From a virus (lineage: Duplodnaviria; Heunggongvirae; Uroviricota; Caudoviricetes), in IMG/VR virus record IMGVR_UViG_2537562189_000009: DNA of 64,000 bases; one strand, written 5' to 3'. This document shows positions 9,501-19,450 of the stretch, in pieces. Both the position numbers and the translations under genes were made by a program. Under the pieces are notes generated by a model. The model was not told the origin of the DNA and did not search any database. It saw nothing but the letters and a program-made list of their open reading frames with translations. Within the stretch, counting starts at the first letter, position 1. Each line of letters begins with the position of its first letter.

Positions 9501-12500
9501 GTTTATCTGTTGCCTTCATGTGCACTGCCGACACCACCGGATCACCATTTTTATCCACGGCATCAAGCAGCATCACAACCGCATTTCTTTCTGTCGCGGA
9601 ACGGTAAATTGCATCCGGATCGTGCATCAGCTCAGGAAGTCTCTCGATAACATCCATCGGCACCACATGTTTCACGCCATTGGTTGCCTTCCGCACAGTG
9701 TCGCGGGAGATAACCAGCGGCAAATCTGGTGCGCCAAGGTGGCGCAATACCGGCGGCGTACGCCCGATGTTTGCAGTCATTGCACCAGAACGTAACGACT
9801 TCATCATTCTGGCAAGGTCATCACGATAACGCTCGCCCTCACCTTCCGGCACTTTGAACGGATCAGGTTTACCACTACGGGAGTACTGAGACGATGCGTC
9901 CGCGCCATCCTCACGCGGCGTGTAACCTTCCCGCACACGCTGGCCTAACGTACGGATGGTCTCGCGAACAAGTCTGATATCGTTCAGTTCCGTCGGCTTC
10001 AGTAACCCCGTACGACGCAGTACCCCTTTGACCAGGGCAACAACACGCTCCCATGCCGCCACGAATTTATTCGGCTGTTTCTCCGCCATATGTGCCAGAA
10101 ATTCACCCGCCTGCACTTCCGGTGATTCCTTACCATAAGACGCATCAACCTTACGCCAGGCTTCACGGATGGTGGCGTTATCACTGTCACGGGTTTTCAG
10201 CACGGTCTTAATAATCGTCTGATATTCCGCTGGCGTGACAACATGCTCCATGGCATGGTGGATAATCTCGTGACGCAACTTCTCGCGTACGGTCCGCCCG
10301 TCAGGGATGTTATCCGCCACCAGGACAATTTCTCGTTTATCCGGACGATAGAATGCGTGCACCCTGCCGTAACCGTCGAACGATTCACCCGCCAGCGCTT
10401 CAGCCTCTTTCTGTGACTTCACCACACGGACCTTCAGGTCACTGTCCTTAATGCCGCTCATCACGCCACGGGCAACCGCTTCAACCTGCGGGACCGGGCT
10501 GCCTTTGGCTTCCGCACTACGGTTAACATCCGAAATGAGATTACCTTCAGGTGTGCGGGTAACGCCCTTACGGGAATAAAACGCAACGCCCTTGTCCGTC
10601 TCACGGGTTTTCAGGGTGCGGAACAGGTGATCGAATGCCTCACGAATACCGCCATCCAGTTCCGCATTCGTCGGATAAGCGTAGGTGTTATCTGTGTTGT
10701 GCTCAGGTGCCTTACGGATATTGACCAGATAATCATTCTCCACGCCAGCCATACGCGCCTTATCCTGAACATAACGCTCAAAGGCACGTGCCGCCATTTC
10801 AACATCCGTTGACCAGTACGGTTTTGAGCGCACCTCATCAAGAAGCGCTGAACGACGCGGCATGTCACTGTTTTTAATGGCCTGAATCACACCTTTAAAA
10901 GCGTCGTAAACCTCCTGACGTACCGGATATTCAGCATCAACATACCTGCCGTCTTTAAATACGCGCCTGGCACGCTGTGCTTCCGTCATAAAGTCGCCAC
11001 CTGACGTAATTTTCCCGTCAGTGGAAACGTCATAACGACCAAAATAATTATCCAGAGAATGGAACCATTCGTGCGCCAGCGCACCCGGTCCGTTACCTTT
11101 TGTCAGGTTGATTGCCGCCTCACCCGGCTCATAGTGTGCTGCCGCCTTACCCTTACCACGGGCACCAAATGCCAGGCCAAGACGACCGTTCAGGGAAAGC
11201 GCTTTTGTCGGTACATTCAGTACTTCCGCAAGGTCATGCAGCGAGTCATAAGCCCGGTTCAAATCAGCCTGACGACGCGGACCTTCCACATAATTACCAA
11301 ACTGCACACCACGGAAACCAAACGCATCACTGAACTGCTCCGGTGAAACATTCCCCTTGCGGCGTTCTGGTCCGGTACGGTCGCGGTTGGTGGCGTTGCG
11401 CTGCTCCTCACGCGAAATCTCCCGCATCTCCTTCACATGACGAACAAGCTCATCACGATGTGAATCAATGTACTTACGCGCATCACTGGCTGACTTAAAG
11501 CCACCTCTCACCCGCATTTTGTTTTTACCGTAAGCGATAAAAATATCGCCACTGCGGGTATTCCGGTAAACGTCAAAGCGGATTTTGTCATCCGGTGACG
11601 GTGCTGTTTTTTCATCACCTTTCGCCTGTGATTTTTCCTCCTGCTCTGCAAACCAGACTTTCGCCTTTGCCAGTAATTCATCCCTGCTTTCCGAGAAAAA
11701 GAGGTTACTCCCCTTATTGTCCTTATTGCGCAGTGAATAAAGTTTCTGTGGCGGATCGTAACGCTTCCCTCCTGCCGCCTGATACACACCCGATACCACC
11801 CGATAAGCAGAAGCTCTGTCCATCTGTGAGGGTGGCAGAGTGCGTAACAGTTGCCAGGTGTCCGCGTAACGGGAGGGCATTCTGCCTTCCATCCATTCTG
11901 CGAGGCGTTTCGCGCTGACCGTTCCGTTCAGCATTTCCGATACACTGTGTCGTACTTTTTTTATGCTCTCCCCCCAGCCTGCCGTATTGTGTTTCGTCTT
12001 CGCCGGAATATCGCTACGATACAGCGCTATCATTGCCAGGGTATCAGCATCGGCACCTTCGTTCGCCAGTTTTGCGTAGTCCGGTTTCGGGAACAGTTTG
12101 CTCAGCGGCTGCGTGGCATAATCCCTGTCTTCCAGCGTTTTACCCAGTGTTTCAGCAAGCTGTGCATAACGGTGTTTGGCTGCCCCTTTAATTTCCTCGC
12201 CAAAGTCTTCAATTTTTTTGCCCCTGACTTCACCTCCGCGCACGGTAGCTTCCCTGTCAGTAGAGACAGTTGTTTCAGATTCAGGTGCGATTGTCTCAGG
12301 CTGCGGGATGTCACGATTTCCTCCGGCCTGTCGGCGTACTTCTGCCTGCTGTGCAAGCTCAGGCAGTGAGTCCCGTACAGTGCGGGGAAGTGATTCAGGC
12401 TGAGGCATACGAACATTACGCGCAATGTCAGGAGCCGGTAGCCCTTCACGTACCGGTGCTGTCGCGTTCTGCGCATCCGGTGACGGCAGACCACGACGAA

Positions 12501-14922
12501 CCATTTCACCCTCGAGTGTTTCCCCCTGGCGACCAGCGGCGTTTTCCGGTGCCGGAGCTTGTCCTTTCTGGAAACTCTGGCCCTTAACCTCACCGGTTGT
12601 GGTAAAACGACCACCACGTCCTGCCTGATTCTCATCCGGCGTACGCGCCACCTCTCCCGGTAACGGATATCCCTGTCCGGGATGAATATCGCCGGGAGCG
12701 GGCAGGCGTGGACGCTCAGTTAACTCCTGTGCTGTCGGACCGGCATCACCTTCAGCCATCTGTGAACGTACAAGCTCCTCTGCCGTCGGCACGTTGCCAC
12801 GGGCAAGGCGGGCCTGTACCTCCGTATCATCCCCCGTGAAACCACGGAATCGTGGGTCACGCATGAACGCGGGCTGCTCCATCGGGTCAGCATCAGCAAT
12901 ACGCTCTCCGTCAGCCAGGGTGTTAATGGTTTCCGTTGCCACATCTTCAGAGAACGCAGGATTATCCATTTCAACGGCATACTGATTCTCGCCTTTCTTC
13001 ACTACGGACGGTTTCAGGCCGGTAGCGGCGGCATTACGGAAAACATCACTCCCCATGGCGCTTTTCTCATCCGTGAAATAACGGTTGTCCGGGCGCACCT
13101 TTTCAATGCGTTCCGCTGGTCTGGACGCACCATTCCCGTTAATTTCAATGCGGACTTCATTCGGGTCCCGGAACCGCACCGTCGGGTAAATGCTCCCGTT
13201 ACCATCCTCCGCATTTTCAGGCTGTGACTGTGCTTCCGGCGTCACTTCCTGTTGTGGGCGAATGACTTCTCGTATTGCCTGAAACTGTTGTTCTTCAGTC
13301 TCGGTGCGCCCCTCTTTCTGGCTGAGTCTGCGGTATTCCTCAAGCAGTTCAGAACGCGGCTTCGCCTTCAGCTCATTCATCACAGCCTGTCGCTTCGCCT
13401 GTTCGTCCAGTTCATTCAACAACTGGCTGGCAGCTTCCCGGCGATGAGCTGCGGATGCGTCACCCTCTGTTGCCATATCCGCATCAGCATACTGCTCCAG
13501 AAGCTGCTCGCGATTCATGCCCTGCATGGATTCACGCTGCTGCGCCACCGGATCAACAGATTCTGGTTGCGGGGCTGCGTCGTCCTGCTGCACGGTTTCA
13601 GCATCACGCATGGCGGTTTCTTCTGCGGCCTGACGTCTGCCACGATATCCGGCAACCGCACCGGATGGAGCCCCCATCGCAGCACCAAAGGCTGCACCTT
13701 CGATCGTTGCGTCAGCCACGCCCTCCCACGGTGACACATCCATTCCGGCGGTCTCACGCAATGCCGTGTTTTCCTGATAGCGTGAATAGCCGCCCTGCGC
13801 CGCATTAATCGCCCCCTGTTCCGTGGCATTTCTGACAATGCCGCTTTTAACGGTCTTCGCTGTGCCTCGTGTCACCAGATTAAACAGTTGTGCGTCACCC
13901 AGTTTTGCCGCCATGGCATTCACAGCCAGCAATTCAGGATCGGTTGCCAGCTGCGCGCGCACCTCATCGGCAACACGCTCTTTTGCCAGATCCATTTTCT
14001 GGCGATCAGTAAGCTGTGCGTGCTGCGGGTCGGCGTCAATGGACAAAAACGTCTGCTGAAATTTCGGTGACTGCGCCAGCTCAGAGTAATCCGCATTAAG
14101 AACAGCATCTGCTGCCGCCATTGCACTCTGCCCCTGTGCACTGGCTGTGGAATGGGTGATCAGGCCCGCCTGGAATAAATCCGGCATTTTTTTATCGACA
14201 GCTTCTGCTGCCAGTGCCGTGGCTCTTTCCGGCTGCATCCCTGCCGCGATGTATTTTTTCTCCAGCCCGGCGGTCAGCATTTTTCGCAGTGTGACATCAC
14301 CCACCTTTTTAGCCACACCGCCAGCAACCATATCAGGTACAAGCGCACCAATCAGGTTTACACCCTTCGCCACCCAGACCGCAGAATCATCATAGCCTTC
14401 GGTCATCGGCGTATTCAGCGCACGAACTGCACCCGGCGACATCTTACCGGTCAGCCATTCATCAGTGGCTTCAGCACCATCACTGACAGCCTTACCGGTT
14501 GCCTTCAGACCTTTACCGACAGTATCAGTAACCGCGTTTTTGCCATCAGGCAGGGTATCGATGACCTCATCAGCCCCCCTGCTGCCACCGGCAAAAATAT
14601 CCTGCACAGTTGTGACACCCGGCAGCCCCATACGGCTGAACTCATTTAAAATACGCGCCCCTGTTTTTACCGGGCTCTGAATCATCGCATCACCGAGTCC
14701 ACGGGCCATTTCCCCTGTTCCCCGGACGGACTGGGCGAAACCTTTACCCATTGTTGGCAATACATCGCCCAGGCTGAACGACGTACTGTTATCCTTCCAG
14801 CGATTCGGATCAGAGAAAAATGCTTCATAGCTGTCAGTTTCGCCGGGTTGCTGAATGTTCAGGCTGTTACGATTCTGGTTACCGAGTTGCGCCTCAGGAC
14901 GCTGTTCCTCTGAATAGGCCAT
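6538..14922 (-). CDS. Giant virion-associated (putative internal/ejection, polyvalent) protein, ~2794 aa, with two HExxH motifs
   Basis: Single uninterrupted frame; proposed start ATG at 14922 (RBS ggag 5 nt upstream), as listed ORF start 14961 lies inside a terminator hairpin; HEWFH and HEIIH motifs; Gly/Ala-rich hydrophobic segments near both ends. Confidence 0.75.
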   Translation of the reverse strand: MAYSEEQRPEAQLGNQNRNSLNIQQPGETDSYEAFFSDPNRWKDNSTSFSLGDVLPTMGKGFAQSVRGTGEMARGLGDAMIQSPVKTGARILNEFSRMGLPGVTTVQDIFAGGSRGADEVIDTLPDGKNAVTDTVGKGLKATGKAVSDGAEATDEWLTGKMSPGAVRALNTPMTEGYDDSAVWVAKGVNLIGALVPDMVAGGVAKKVGDVTLRKMLTAGLEKKYIAAGMQPERATALAAEAVDKKMPDLFQAGLITHSTASAQGQSAMAAADAVLNADYSELAQSPKFQQTFLSIDADPQHAQLTDRQKMDLAKERVADEVRAQLATDPELLAVNAMAAKLGDAQLFNLVTRGTAKTVKSGIVRNATEQGAINAAQGGYSRYQENTALRETAGMDVSPWEGVADATIEGAAFGAAMGAPSGAVAGYRGRRQAAEETAMRDAETVQQDDAAPQPESVDPVAQQRESMQGMNREQLLEQYADADMATEGDASAAHRREAASQLLNELDEQAKRQAVMNELKAKPRSELLEEYRRLSQKEGRTETEEQQFQAIREVIRPQQEVTPEAQSQPENAEDGNGSIYPTVRFRDPNEVRIEINGNGASRPAERIEKVRPDNRYFTDEKSAMGSDVFRNAAATGLKPSVVKKGENQYAVEMDNPAFSEDVATETINTLADGERIADADPMEQPAFMRDPRFRGFTGDDTEVQARLARGNVPTAEELVRSQMAEGDAGPTAQELTERPRLPAPGDIHPGQGYPLPGEVARTPDENQAGRGGRFTTTGEVKGQSFQKGQAPAPENAAGRQGETLEGEMVRRGLPSPDAQNATAPVREGLPAPDIARNVRMPQPESLPRTVRDSLPELAQQAEVRRQAGGNRDIPQPETIAPESETTVSTDREATVRGGEVRGKKIEDFGEEIKGAAKHRYAQLAETLGKTLEDRDYATQPLSKLFPKPDYAKLANEGADADTLAMIALYRSDIPAKTKHNTAGWGESIKKVRHSVSEMLNGTVSAKRLAEWMEGRMPSRYADTWQLLRTLPPSQMDRASAYRVVSGVYQAAGGKRYDPPQKLYSLRNKDNKGSNLFFSESRDELLAKAKVWFAEQEEKSQAKGDEKTAPSPDDKIRFDVYRNTRSGDIFIAYGKNKMRVRGGFKSASDARKYIDSHRDELVRHVKEMREISREEQRNATNRDRTGPERRKGNVSPEQFSDAFGFRGVQFGNYVEGPRRQADLNRAYDSLHDLAEVLNVPTKALSLNGRLGLAFGARGKGKAAAHYEPGEAAINLTKGNGPGALAHEWFHSLDNYFGRYDVSTDGKITSGGDFMTEAQRARRVFKDGRYVDAEYPVRQEVYDAFKGVIQAIKNSDMPRRSALLDEVRSKPYWSTDVEMAARAFERYVQDKARMAGVENDYLVNIRKAPEHNTDNTYAYPTNAELDGGIREAFDHLFRTLKTRETDKGVAFYSRKGVTRTPEGNLISDVNRSAEAKGSPVPQVEAVARGVMSGIKDSDLKVRVVKSQKEAEALAGESFDGYGRVHAFYRPDKREIVLVADNIPDGRTVREKLRHEIIHHAMEHVVTPAEYQTIIKTVLKTRDSDNATIREAWRKVDASYGKESPEVQAGEFLAHMAEKQPNKFVAAWERVVALVKGVLRRTGLLKPTELNDIRLVRETIRTLGQRVREGYTPREDGADASSQYSRSGKPDPFKVPEGEGERYRDDLARMMKSLRSGAMTANIGRTPPVLRHLGAPDLPLVISRDTVRKATNGVKHVVPMDVIERLPELMHDPDAIYRSATERNAVVMLLDAVDKNGDPVVSAVHMKATDKRIEINKVASVYGTKGGMNKANSLDKAGLTLYRKEKLSRDNPQYSGLQLPKEERSYRGSVDKILYPEDIRKGPYYSRTSSLTPEETIASRFVRQMQDKFQVLKAVQENIRKTGGKIDDSNNAYMAEELFHGKAENDLNVMKERYVQPLAKLLADYKIAQADLDEYLYARHAPERNAHIAKINPKMPDGGSGMTNAEAAEIMQRVRNSGKQAQYDRLAGIVDDMLARRRELIREAGLEESGVVDAWQNAYRYYVPLKGQDVDGVVSLPRTGKGFTIGGRESKQAMGRASRAQSPSTQAIQDLSESLIRSRKNEVGNAFLKLVQDNPDKDYWQVFTDDRPDTMRVIAERKDQETGETIREVVERPVAMAMMADRYFTTKKNGKTYYIKLHDPRLMRAMKNMGPETSNAVIRTLGKVNRFLATVNTSYNPEFLVSNFIRDVQTAVMNLKAEQGRSDGKLKGLDNLSALAVVKDSRSAMSAVYASLRGKNLTGKGAQWQKVWKEFVEDGGKTGWFNMGDLEGQQKEMDRLVSLAKGGWKGQSIGAWNSFLNLVEDANGAVENALRLSAYKHARDAGLSRQQAASLAKNMTVNFNRRGEQGALMNSLYMFANASIQGTANLVRTLGHLNGDGPLLERLRWKNLNVPQKIALAAVGAGYLLGSLNRSVAGEDDDGVNWYDKVPSHVKERNLVIMKSVFGGKAGEYWSIPLPYGYNVFFLLGHTAEGVAAGDLTASRAAGNVVGGILGAFSPIGSETSETLSGALLKNAAPTILRPFANLAMNENFMGAQIYQENIPFGTPKPDSQLGIRSTPEAYKAFASWLNAFSGGSQYRPGAVDITPESLIFWIDYISGGTGRFISKTTDAAVKSLNGIDIPEQQVPFLGKISGEVMPYADQQKMYDRMTEVAQYHAELKSLTGAERTAFIDENNGKLSMNGLMQDTRKRLKDLRKQRDAIYADSSLSLAQQAAMVKSVERDMKVAVDRFNREYNKKVGVE

Positions 14923-14933
14923 ACAGACTCCAT

Positions 14934-14959
14934 AAAAAAACCCGGCACAATGGCCGGGC
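14934..14959 (-). terminator. Intrinsic terminator immediately upstream of giant gene
   Basis: Minus strand reads gcccggc-cattgt-gccgggc then T7. Confidence 0.6.
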
Positions 14960-14991
14960 ATCAGGAAATGGTATTAATGGAATATCGTGAA

Positions 14992-16257
14992 TTACTGGGC
15001 GTAATTCTGTTTCAGTCCACGGATAAACTGAGATGCAGATGAAGCACTTTCATCTCTGGCCTGTTCCCCCCTGGCCTTTTGAATACGGAGAAAATTCGCA
15101 TACCCGTTCTCCAGCAATTTCTGATTCTGAGGTTCCAGCATTTCAGGCTGACGGGCCGCTACATTTCTGGCAAATGACAGCTTATCAGGATCATCTCCCG
15201 CCCAGTTGATAACCTGTTGCTGAAGTTTTTGTTGCTGAATTTTCTGTTGATGCGGTTGTGAACCAGTCGCAGCATAATATTCATCCACCGCAGCCTGAGC
15301 ATTACCGCCATTCTTGATCGCGTCCGCCGCTACGTTGCTGGCCCCCTTCTGAAGCTCTTTCAGAGAAAGTCCCTGCTGCTTCGGCATAAAATAACCATAA
15401 TTTTTCGATATCTCTGCAAATTTGCTGCGATCCCTGACCTGAGCGATAGCCTTATCAACGGGTATCGCCAGCACGGTTTGATCATCAGGGTGCGCACTGC
15501 CGTATTCTGTTACAGGTTTATGCGCGGTGGAGCCATCGCTGTATGTGAGATCAAGGCCAATAAGTACGTACCCTTCCTGCTGCGCCGGTACGATACTGCC
15601 AATCCTGGCCTCTTTTATCGTTTTTTCCCCGGTTGAATCAGGCATGCCAATACGCTGTTGTAGTTCCGGGGCAAACACGCCGGAAAGCACATCGAGATTT
15701 TCCGGGGTATTCAGCGAAGCAATCGCCCTGTCCGGCTTATCATCAAAGATTTTCTGCAGGTTGTTCACGGCCTGACCCGCTTTCGCAGCATAGCCTACCG
15801 TTGACATCATCTTAAGCGGATTGGCGTCCGATAATTTACCGAACAGATGAGAAGCCGCATCATGGTCACCCGCATCAATCGCTTTTCCCAGCGCCGCCAT
15901 CACAGGCTGATCGCGCGCCAGCATATCGTTATACTCAAGCCGTCGCTGGTTGTATTTCTGCAACTGGAGTCGTTGCTGTTCCATCCCCAGCGACGCATTC
16001 CGGTAATTCTGGTTGGCGTTAAACTCCCTTTCCTGCAGTGTGTAATTGCGGTCATCAACTTTGGCTCTGTAATCAAAGTTCCGCTGATCAACGTCTTTAT
16101 TATGTTCAAACTGAGACTGCGCAAATTCAAAATCGCGCTCGTTATTTTTCTGTTGCTGAGCAAGCTGTGCTTCTCGCAAACCAAGCTCCTTACGACGGGT
16201 CATTGCCTGGTCAACAGTGCTGAATCCGGCAAGTAACCCCTGTGCAAATCCGCTCAT
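14992..16257 (-). CDS. Putative internal virion/ejection protein (421 aa)
   Basis: Q/N-rich coiled-coil-like sequence; sits in block of internal proteins upstream of giant gene. Confidence 0.55.
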   Translation of the reverse strand: MSGFAQGLLAGFSTVDQAMTRRKELGLREAQLAQQQKNNERDFEFAQSQFEHNKDVDQRNFDYRAKVDDRNYTLQEREFNANQNYRNASLGMEQQRLQLQKYNQRRLEYNDMLARDQPVMAALGKAIDAGDHDAASHLFGKLSDANPLKMMSTVGYAAKAGQAVNNLQKIFDDKPDRAIASLNTPENLDVLSGVFAPELQQRIGMPDSTGEKTIKEARIGSIVPAQQEGYVLIGLDLTYSDGSTAHKPVTEYGSAHPDDQTVLAIPVDKAIAQVRDRSKFAEISKNYGYFMPKQQGLSLKELQKGASNVAADAIKNGGNAQAAVDEYYAATGSQPHQQKIQQQKLQQQVINWAGDDPDKLSFARNVAARQPEMLEPQNQKLLENGYANFLRIQKARGEQARDESASSASQFIRGLKQNYAQ

Positions 16258-16267
16258 TCACCACTCC

Positions 16268-16540
16268 TTAAAACAAAGCGCCTGCAATGCCGCCAATTAC
16301 TGCACCAGCAACAGCGCCGACGGCTGTCCCCACTACCGGTACTGCTGAACCAACAGTCGCCCCGATAGTGGCCCCCGTACCAATGCCCGTACCGATATTC
16401 TGTTTTTTCTGAGCTTTCTGTTGAGCAGCCAGTTGTTTATTTGATGCCTCAATCTCTGTACGTCGTCTGTCTGCGTCACTTATTCCCTGTAATGCCTCAC
16501 GCCGCGACTGATTTGCAATATCCAGTAAACCGTATCCCAT
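16268..16540 (-). CDS. Small glycine-zipper membrane protein (90 aa)
   Basis: C-terminal GxxxG-rich hydrophobic stretch GTGIGTGATIGATVGSAVPVVGTAVGAVAGAVIGGIAGALF. Confidence 0.55.
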   Translation of the reverse strand: MGYGLLDIANQSRREALQGISDADRRRTEIEASNKQLAAQQKAQKKQNIGTGIGTGATIGATVGSAVPVVGTAVGAVAGAVIGGIAGALF

Positions 16541-16549
16541 ATTGCCCCC

Positions 16550-17002
16550 TTACGCTGCCACCAGTTGTCCGCCAACACTCAGTTTCTGTCTTGCCGGTGC
16601 AGAAGCCCCCGTCAGAATATTCATCTGGCGATCCTGTTCGGCTTCACGGATACCATTTTTCGCACCTGCTATTGCCAGGGCATTACGTAACCCCAGCGTA
16701 TTACTGTCGGGATTATCCGGGCGGCTTACCCCGTATCTCGCCATCTGGTTATCCTGCGCCATCTGCGCTGTACGGAGACTGGAAGTGGCAAGGCCTCCCA
16801 CCCGTGCAAGCTGTGGATTCATCAGACTGTTGTTCTCCCCAAGGTCAGCCAGCCTTGCTACACGGGGTAAATATCTGGTGCGCCAGTCGTCGTATTGCTG
16901 GCGGGTCAGCGCTGCGGATGTCTGCCAGTCCCCCTGAGGGCGGGCTGCTCCGGTATAACCGTATCTCGCACGTGTTTCGTATTTACCGTACTCCATAATC
17001 AC
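16550..17002 (-). CDS. Hypothetical virion protein (150 aa)
   Basis: ORF in structural block; start overlaps upstream stop. Confidence 0.5.
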   Translation of the reverse strand: MIMEYGKYETRARYGYTGAARPQGDWQTSAALTRQQYDDWRTRYLPRVARLADLGENNSLMNPQLARVGGLATSSLRTAQMAQDNQMARYGVSRPDNPDSNTLGLRNALAIAGAKNGIREAEQDRQMNILTGASAPARQKLSVGGQLVAA

Positions 17003-17655
17003 AGTCTCCAGTTCTGAGCCTGATGCTGAATGGCATTAGCGCCAGTGCCAGGTGTTTTAGCACCGCCACTTCCTCCGCTACCGCCAGCCTTATGCATCGC
17101 ATATGCACCTGCCGCACCCAGACCAGCGCCAACAAGAGAGGCTCGCCCCTGCTGTTTCGTAAACGCCGCCTGTGCATCCGATTTAGCTTTTGCCAGACTG
17201 CTGTCTGCCAGAGAGTTAAAACTCTGTAACGCATCCGCCTTCTGACCAGAACCGAGAGCAGCAACATCCTGTAGCCCGGCAACATACTTATCTGCCTGCG
17301 ATACCTGCCCCCGTGTGGTTGTGTCAATCTGCCCGGTTACCTGATCACTCTGGTTCGCATTCATTACCGCGTTAAAGCGACCACTGGACGGGTCAACACC
17401 GGACCGAGTGAGATTACTTGCCAGCTCCTTCCGCGCTTCGCCAAACTGTTTTTGATACCCCAGATTTGTGGTGCCAGCAATATTGTCGTACTGCTGCTCA
17501 CTGTTCAGGTCATCGACCTTTTCCATGAAGTTATCTTCAGCCGGGCGGAGGATATTTTTGTAATCCTGCCACCCTTTCCAGGCCACTTCTTCCTGTGCTA
17601 TTTGCGCTGCTGTTGGTTTTACTTTGGTATCACCACCACCTTTACTTCCACCCAT
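16999..17655 (-). CDS. Hypothetical virion protein (218 aa), Gly/Ser-rich termini
   Basis: ORF in structural block. Confidence 0.5.
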   Translation of the reverse strand: MGGSKGGGDTKVKPTAAQIAQEEVAWKGWQDYKNILRPAEDNFMEKVDDLNSEQQYDNIAGTTNLGYQKQFGEARKELASNLTRSGVDPSSGRFNAVMNANQSDQVTGQIDTTTRGQVSQADKYVAGLQDVAALGSGQKADALQSFNSLADSSLAKAKSDAQAAFTKQQGRASLVGAGLGAAGAYAMHKAGGSGGSGGAKTPGTGANAIQHQAQNWRL

Positions 17656-17749
17656 AATGGCCCCCTGGATAATAAAAAAAACCTGCCGGAGCAGGGTCAG
17701 AATGTGAATTGCAATGTTGGTTTAAACACGATGATGAAAACTGTGGCAG

Positions 17750-18127
17750 TCAGACCGCTATCCTGAACACCATGAAGCCATCCTCATCATCCGGCATTCG
17801 CTCAAAGCCCAGACGTTTTCCCAGCCGGATAAATCCCCGCCTTGCCGTATGAAATTCAGCCCAACGTCCGCCAGCCAGACGGGTTAATGTCTTCACCTCC
17901 GGCAGATAACGCTCAACACTGTTACTCCCCGTACACACGCCCAGCAACACCAGAACATAAGGGATACCATCAGCACTGAGCACAGAACGCAGCACCAGAA
18001 AGCCATCAGGTGCCTCAAAACAAAACGCCTGCTTTTTAAAGCAGGCGTCTTTAACTTCATTCATAAATTCAGGGTTGCGGGAATTTCTCACCACACGCTG
18101 CATATACCGGAGAATTTTTTCACTCAC
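17750..18127 (-). CDS. Hypothetical protein (125 aa)
   Basis: ORF between structural block and adhesin moron. Confidence 0.45.
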   Translation of the reverse strand: MSEKILRYMQRVVRNSRNPEFMNEVKDACFKKQAFCFEAPDGFLVLRSVLSADGIPYVLVLLGVCTGSNSVERYLPEVKTLTRLAGGRWAEFHTARRGFIRLGKRLGFERMPDDEDGFMVFRIAV

Positions 18128-18238
18128 ACTCTCACCACAAAAAAGAACAATGTGACTGTGCTGTGTCTTCAGCGACAGAAGGATGACGGAGAACGCTTCC
18201 GATAACCAACACGGCTGGCGTTCTCCGCAAAAAATAAA

Positions 18239-19450
18239 TTACCAGCCGACAGACATACCCGCAGCAACACCTGAACCGTTCTGGGTATCCCATGAAGCAT
18301 TCAAACGTACAGCAGAATTTTCAGTGGTGCGGAAGTGCATACCTGCTGCGATAGCCTGCTCATCACGGTAGTTACTTGCAGCCATACCAAAGGAGTACGT
18401 TTTACCCTCAACAACAGGAATGGCAGTCATCGCCATTGCTCCTGCAATACCTGCATCTGCACGTTTACGGTTTTTCTCCACCTCATCACGTAACTGACGG
18501 AATTGCTGATTAGTACTACGCTCCAGGGTACTGACCCGGTTATCTGTGTAGGTATTAGCAGACTTCAGTGTCTGTGCATCACCCTGAATACGGGCATTCT
18601 CTTCTGCAATACGATAGCGCTCTAACTGACCATAGGTTGCGGCATCCGCAGCCTGAACACCATCACGAAGCCCACCAATTACACGATTCCCCACATTTAC
18701 TTCATCGGGGCGAGTGGTCTGAGAGTTAGCCCCTACAGCAACACTGTTCGTATGGTTTGCAATGGCGTTGTAACCGACAGCAGTGGCGTTTTCTCCGCCT
18801 GCTGTTGCCCCGCCACCAACCTGAGTTTTACCTGTGCCCAGAGAAGACAGACGGGCGTGAATATCTGTTACATCTGCAGCAGAAAGACCAGTGTCAATAG
18901 TGGAGTCTAGCGGGTTTACAGACTTCATTTTAATTTCATAAATATATTCACTGATTTCAGGAACATGTCTTGAATACGTTTTTCCATCAGCGCCCACTGT
19001 CGTGACCACGCCTTCGCCATCTGCACTAAAGAGAATTTGATTGGTTTTTGTGTTTACAAAATAAGCTGTCTCATTCGCATAGTCATAATATGAGACAATT
19101 TCATTACTTCTCGGTGCCCGTAATTCTGTATTTGTTAACCCGGACTCGCCGTAATCAAACAGAGAATATTTTAAATATTTCCCTGCCGTATTTTGTATAT
19201 TTACACTATCTGGTTGTTTTGTGCCTGCATTTACCACTTTTCCATCCAGATATGCTTTTCCTGAGAAGCCGAGGTCTTTCCAAAAATCAATTAAATTTTT
19301 ATATTCATGTCCTTTCAACTGATCAACAGTCACTCCATAATATGAAGTGCCATTAATTCCAGAGGCGTCTGCTGCATATACGCCAGCAGAAAATACCGAC
19401 AGGCTTAATGCTGGTATTAAAGCCAACAATAGCTTGCTTGCCTTTTTCAT
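18239..19450 (-). CDS. Trimeric autotransporter adhesin (YadA-like C-terminal anchor; Eib-like prophage moron)
   Basis: Signal peptide; YadA head/neck-like repeats (GENATAVGYNAIANHTNSVAVGANS), coiled-coil stalk, C-terminal beta-barrel anchor ending GVAAGMSVGW; AT-rich upstream region. Confidence 0.75.
   Translation of the reverse strand: MKKASKLLLALIPALSLSVFSAGVYAADASGINGTSYYGVTVDQLKGHEYKNLIDFWKDLGFSGKAYLDGKVVNAGTKQPDSVNIQNTAGKYLKYSLFDYGESGLTNTELRAPRSNEIVSYYDYANETAYFVNTKTNQILFSADGEGVVTTVGADGKTYSRHVPEISEYIYEIKMKSVNPLDSTIDTGLSAADVTDIHARLSSLGTGKTQVGGGATAGGENATAVGYNAIANHTNSVAVGANSQTTRPDEVNVGNRVIGGLRDGVQAADAATYGQLERYRIAEENARIQGDAQTLKSANTYTDNRVSTLERSTNQQFRQLRDEVEKNRKRADAGIAGAMAMTAIPVVEGKTYSFGMAASNYRDEQAIAAGMHFRTTENSAVRLNASWDTQNGSGVAAGMSVGW

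Noticed and set aside
6796-14680. Many 60-170-aa ORFs on the plus strand inside the giant gene (e.g. 6796..7095, 11851..12369, 13252..13734)
   Set aside because: They lie antisense to a continuous 8.4-kb reading frame and have no RBS; they are treated as shadow ORFs.
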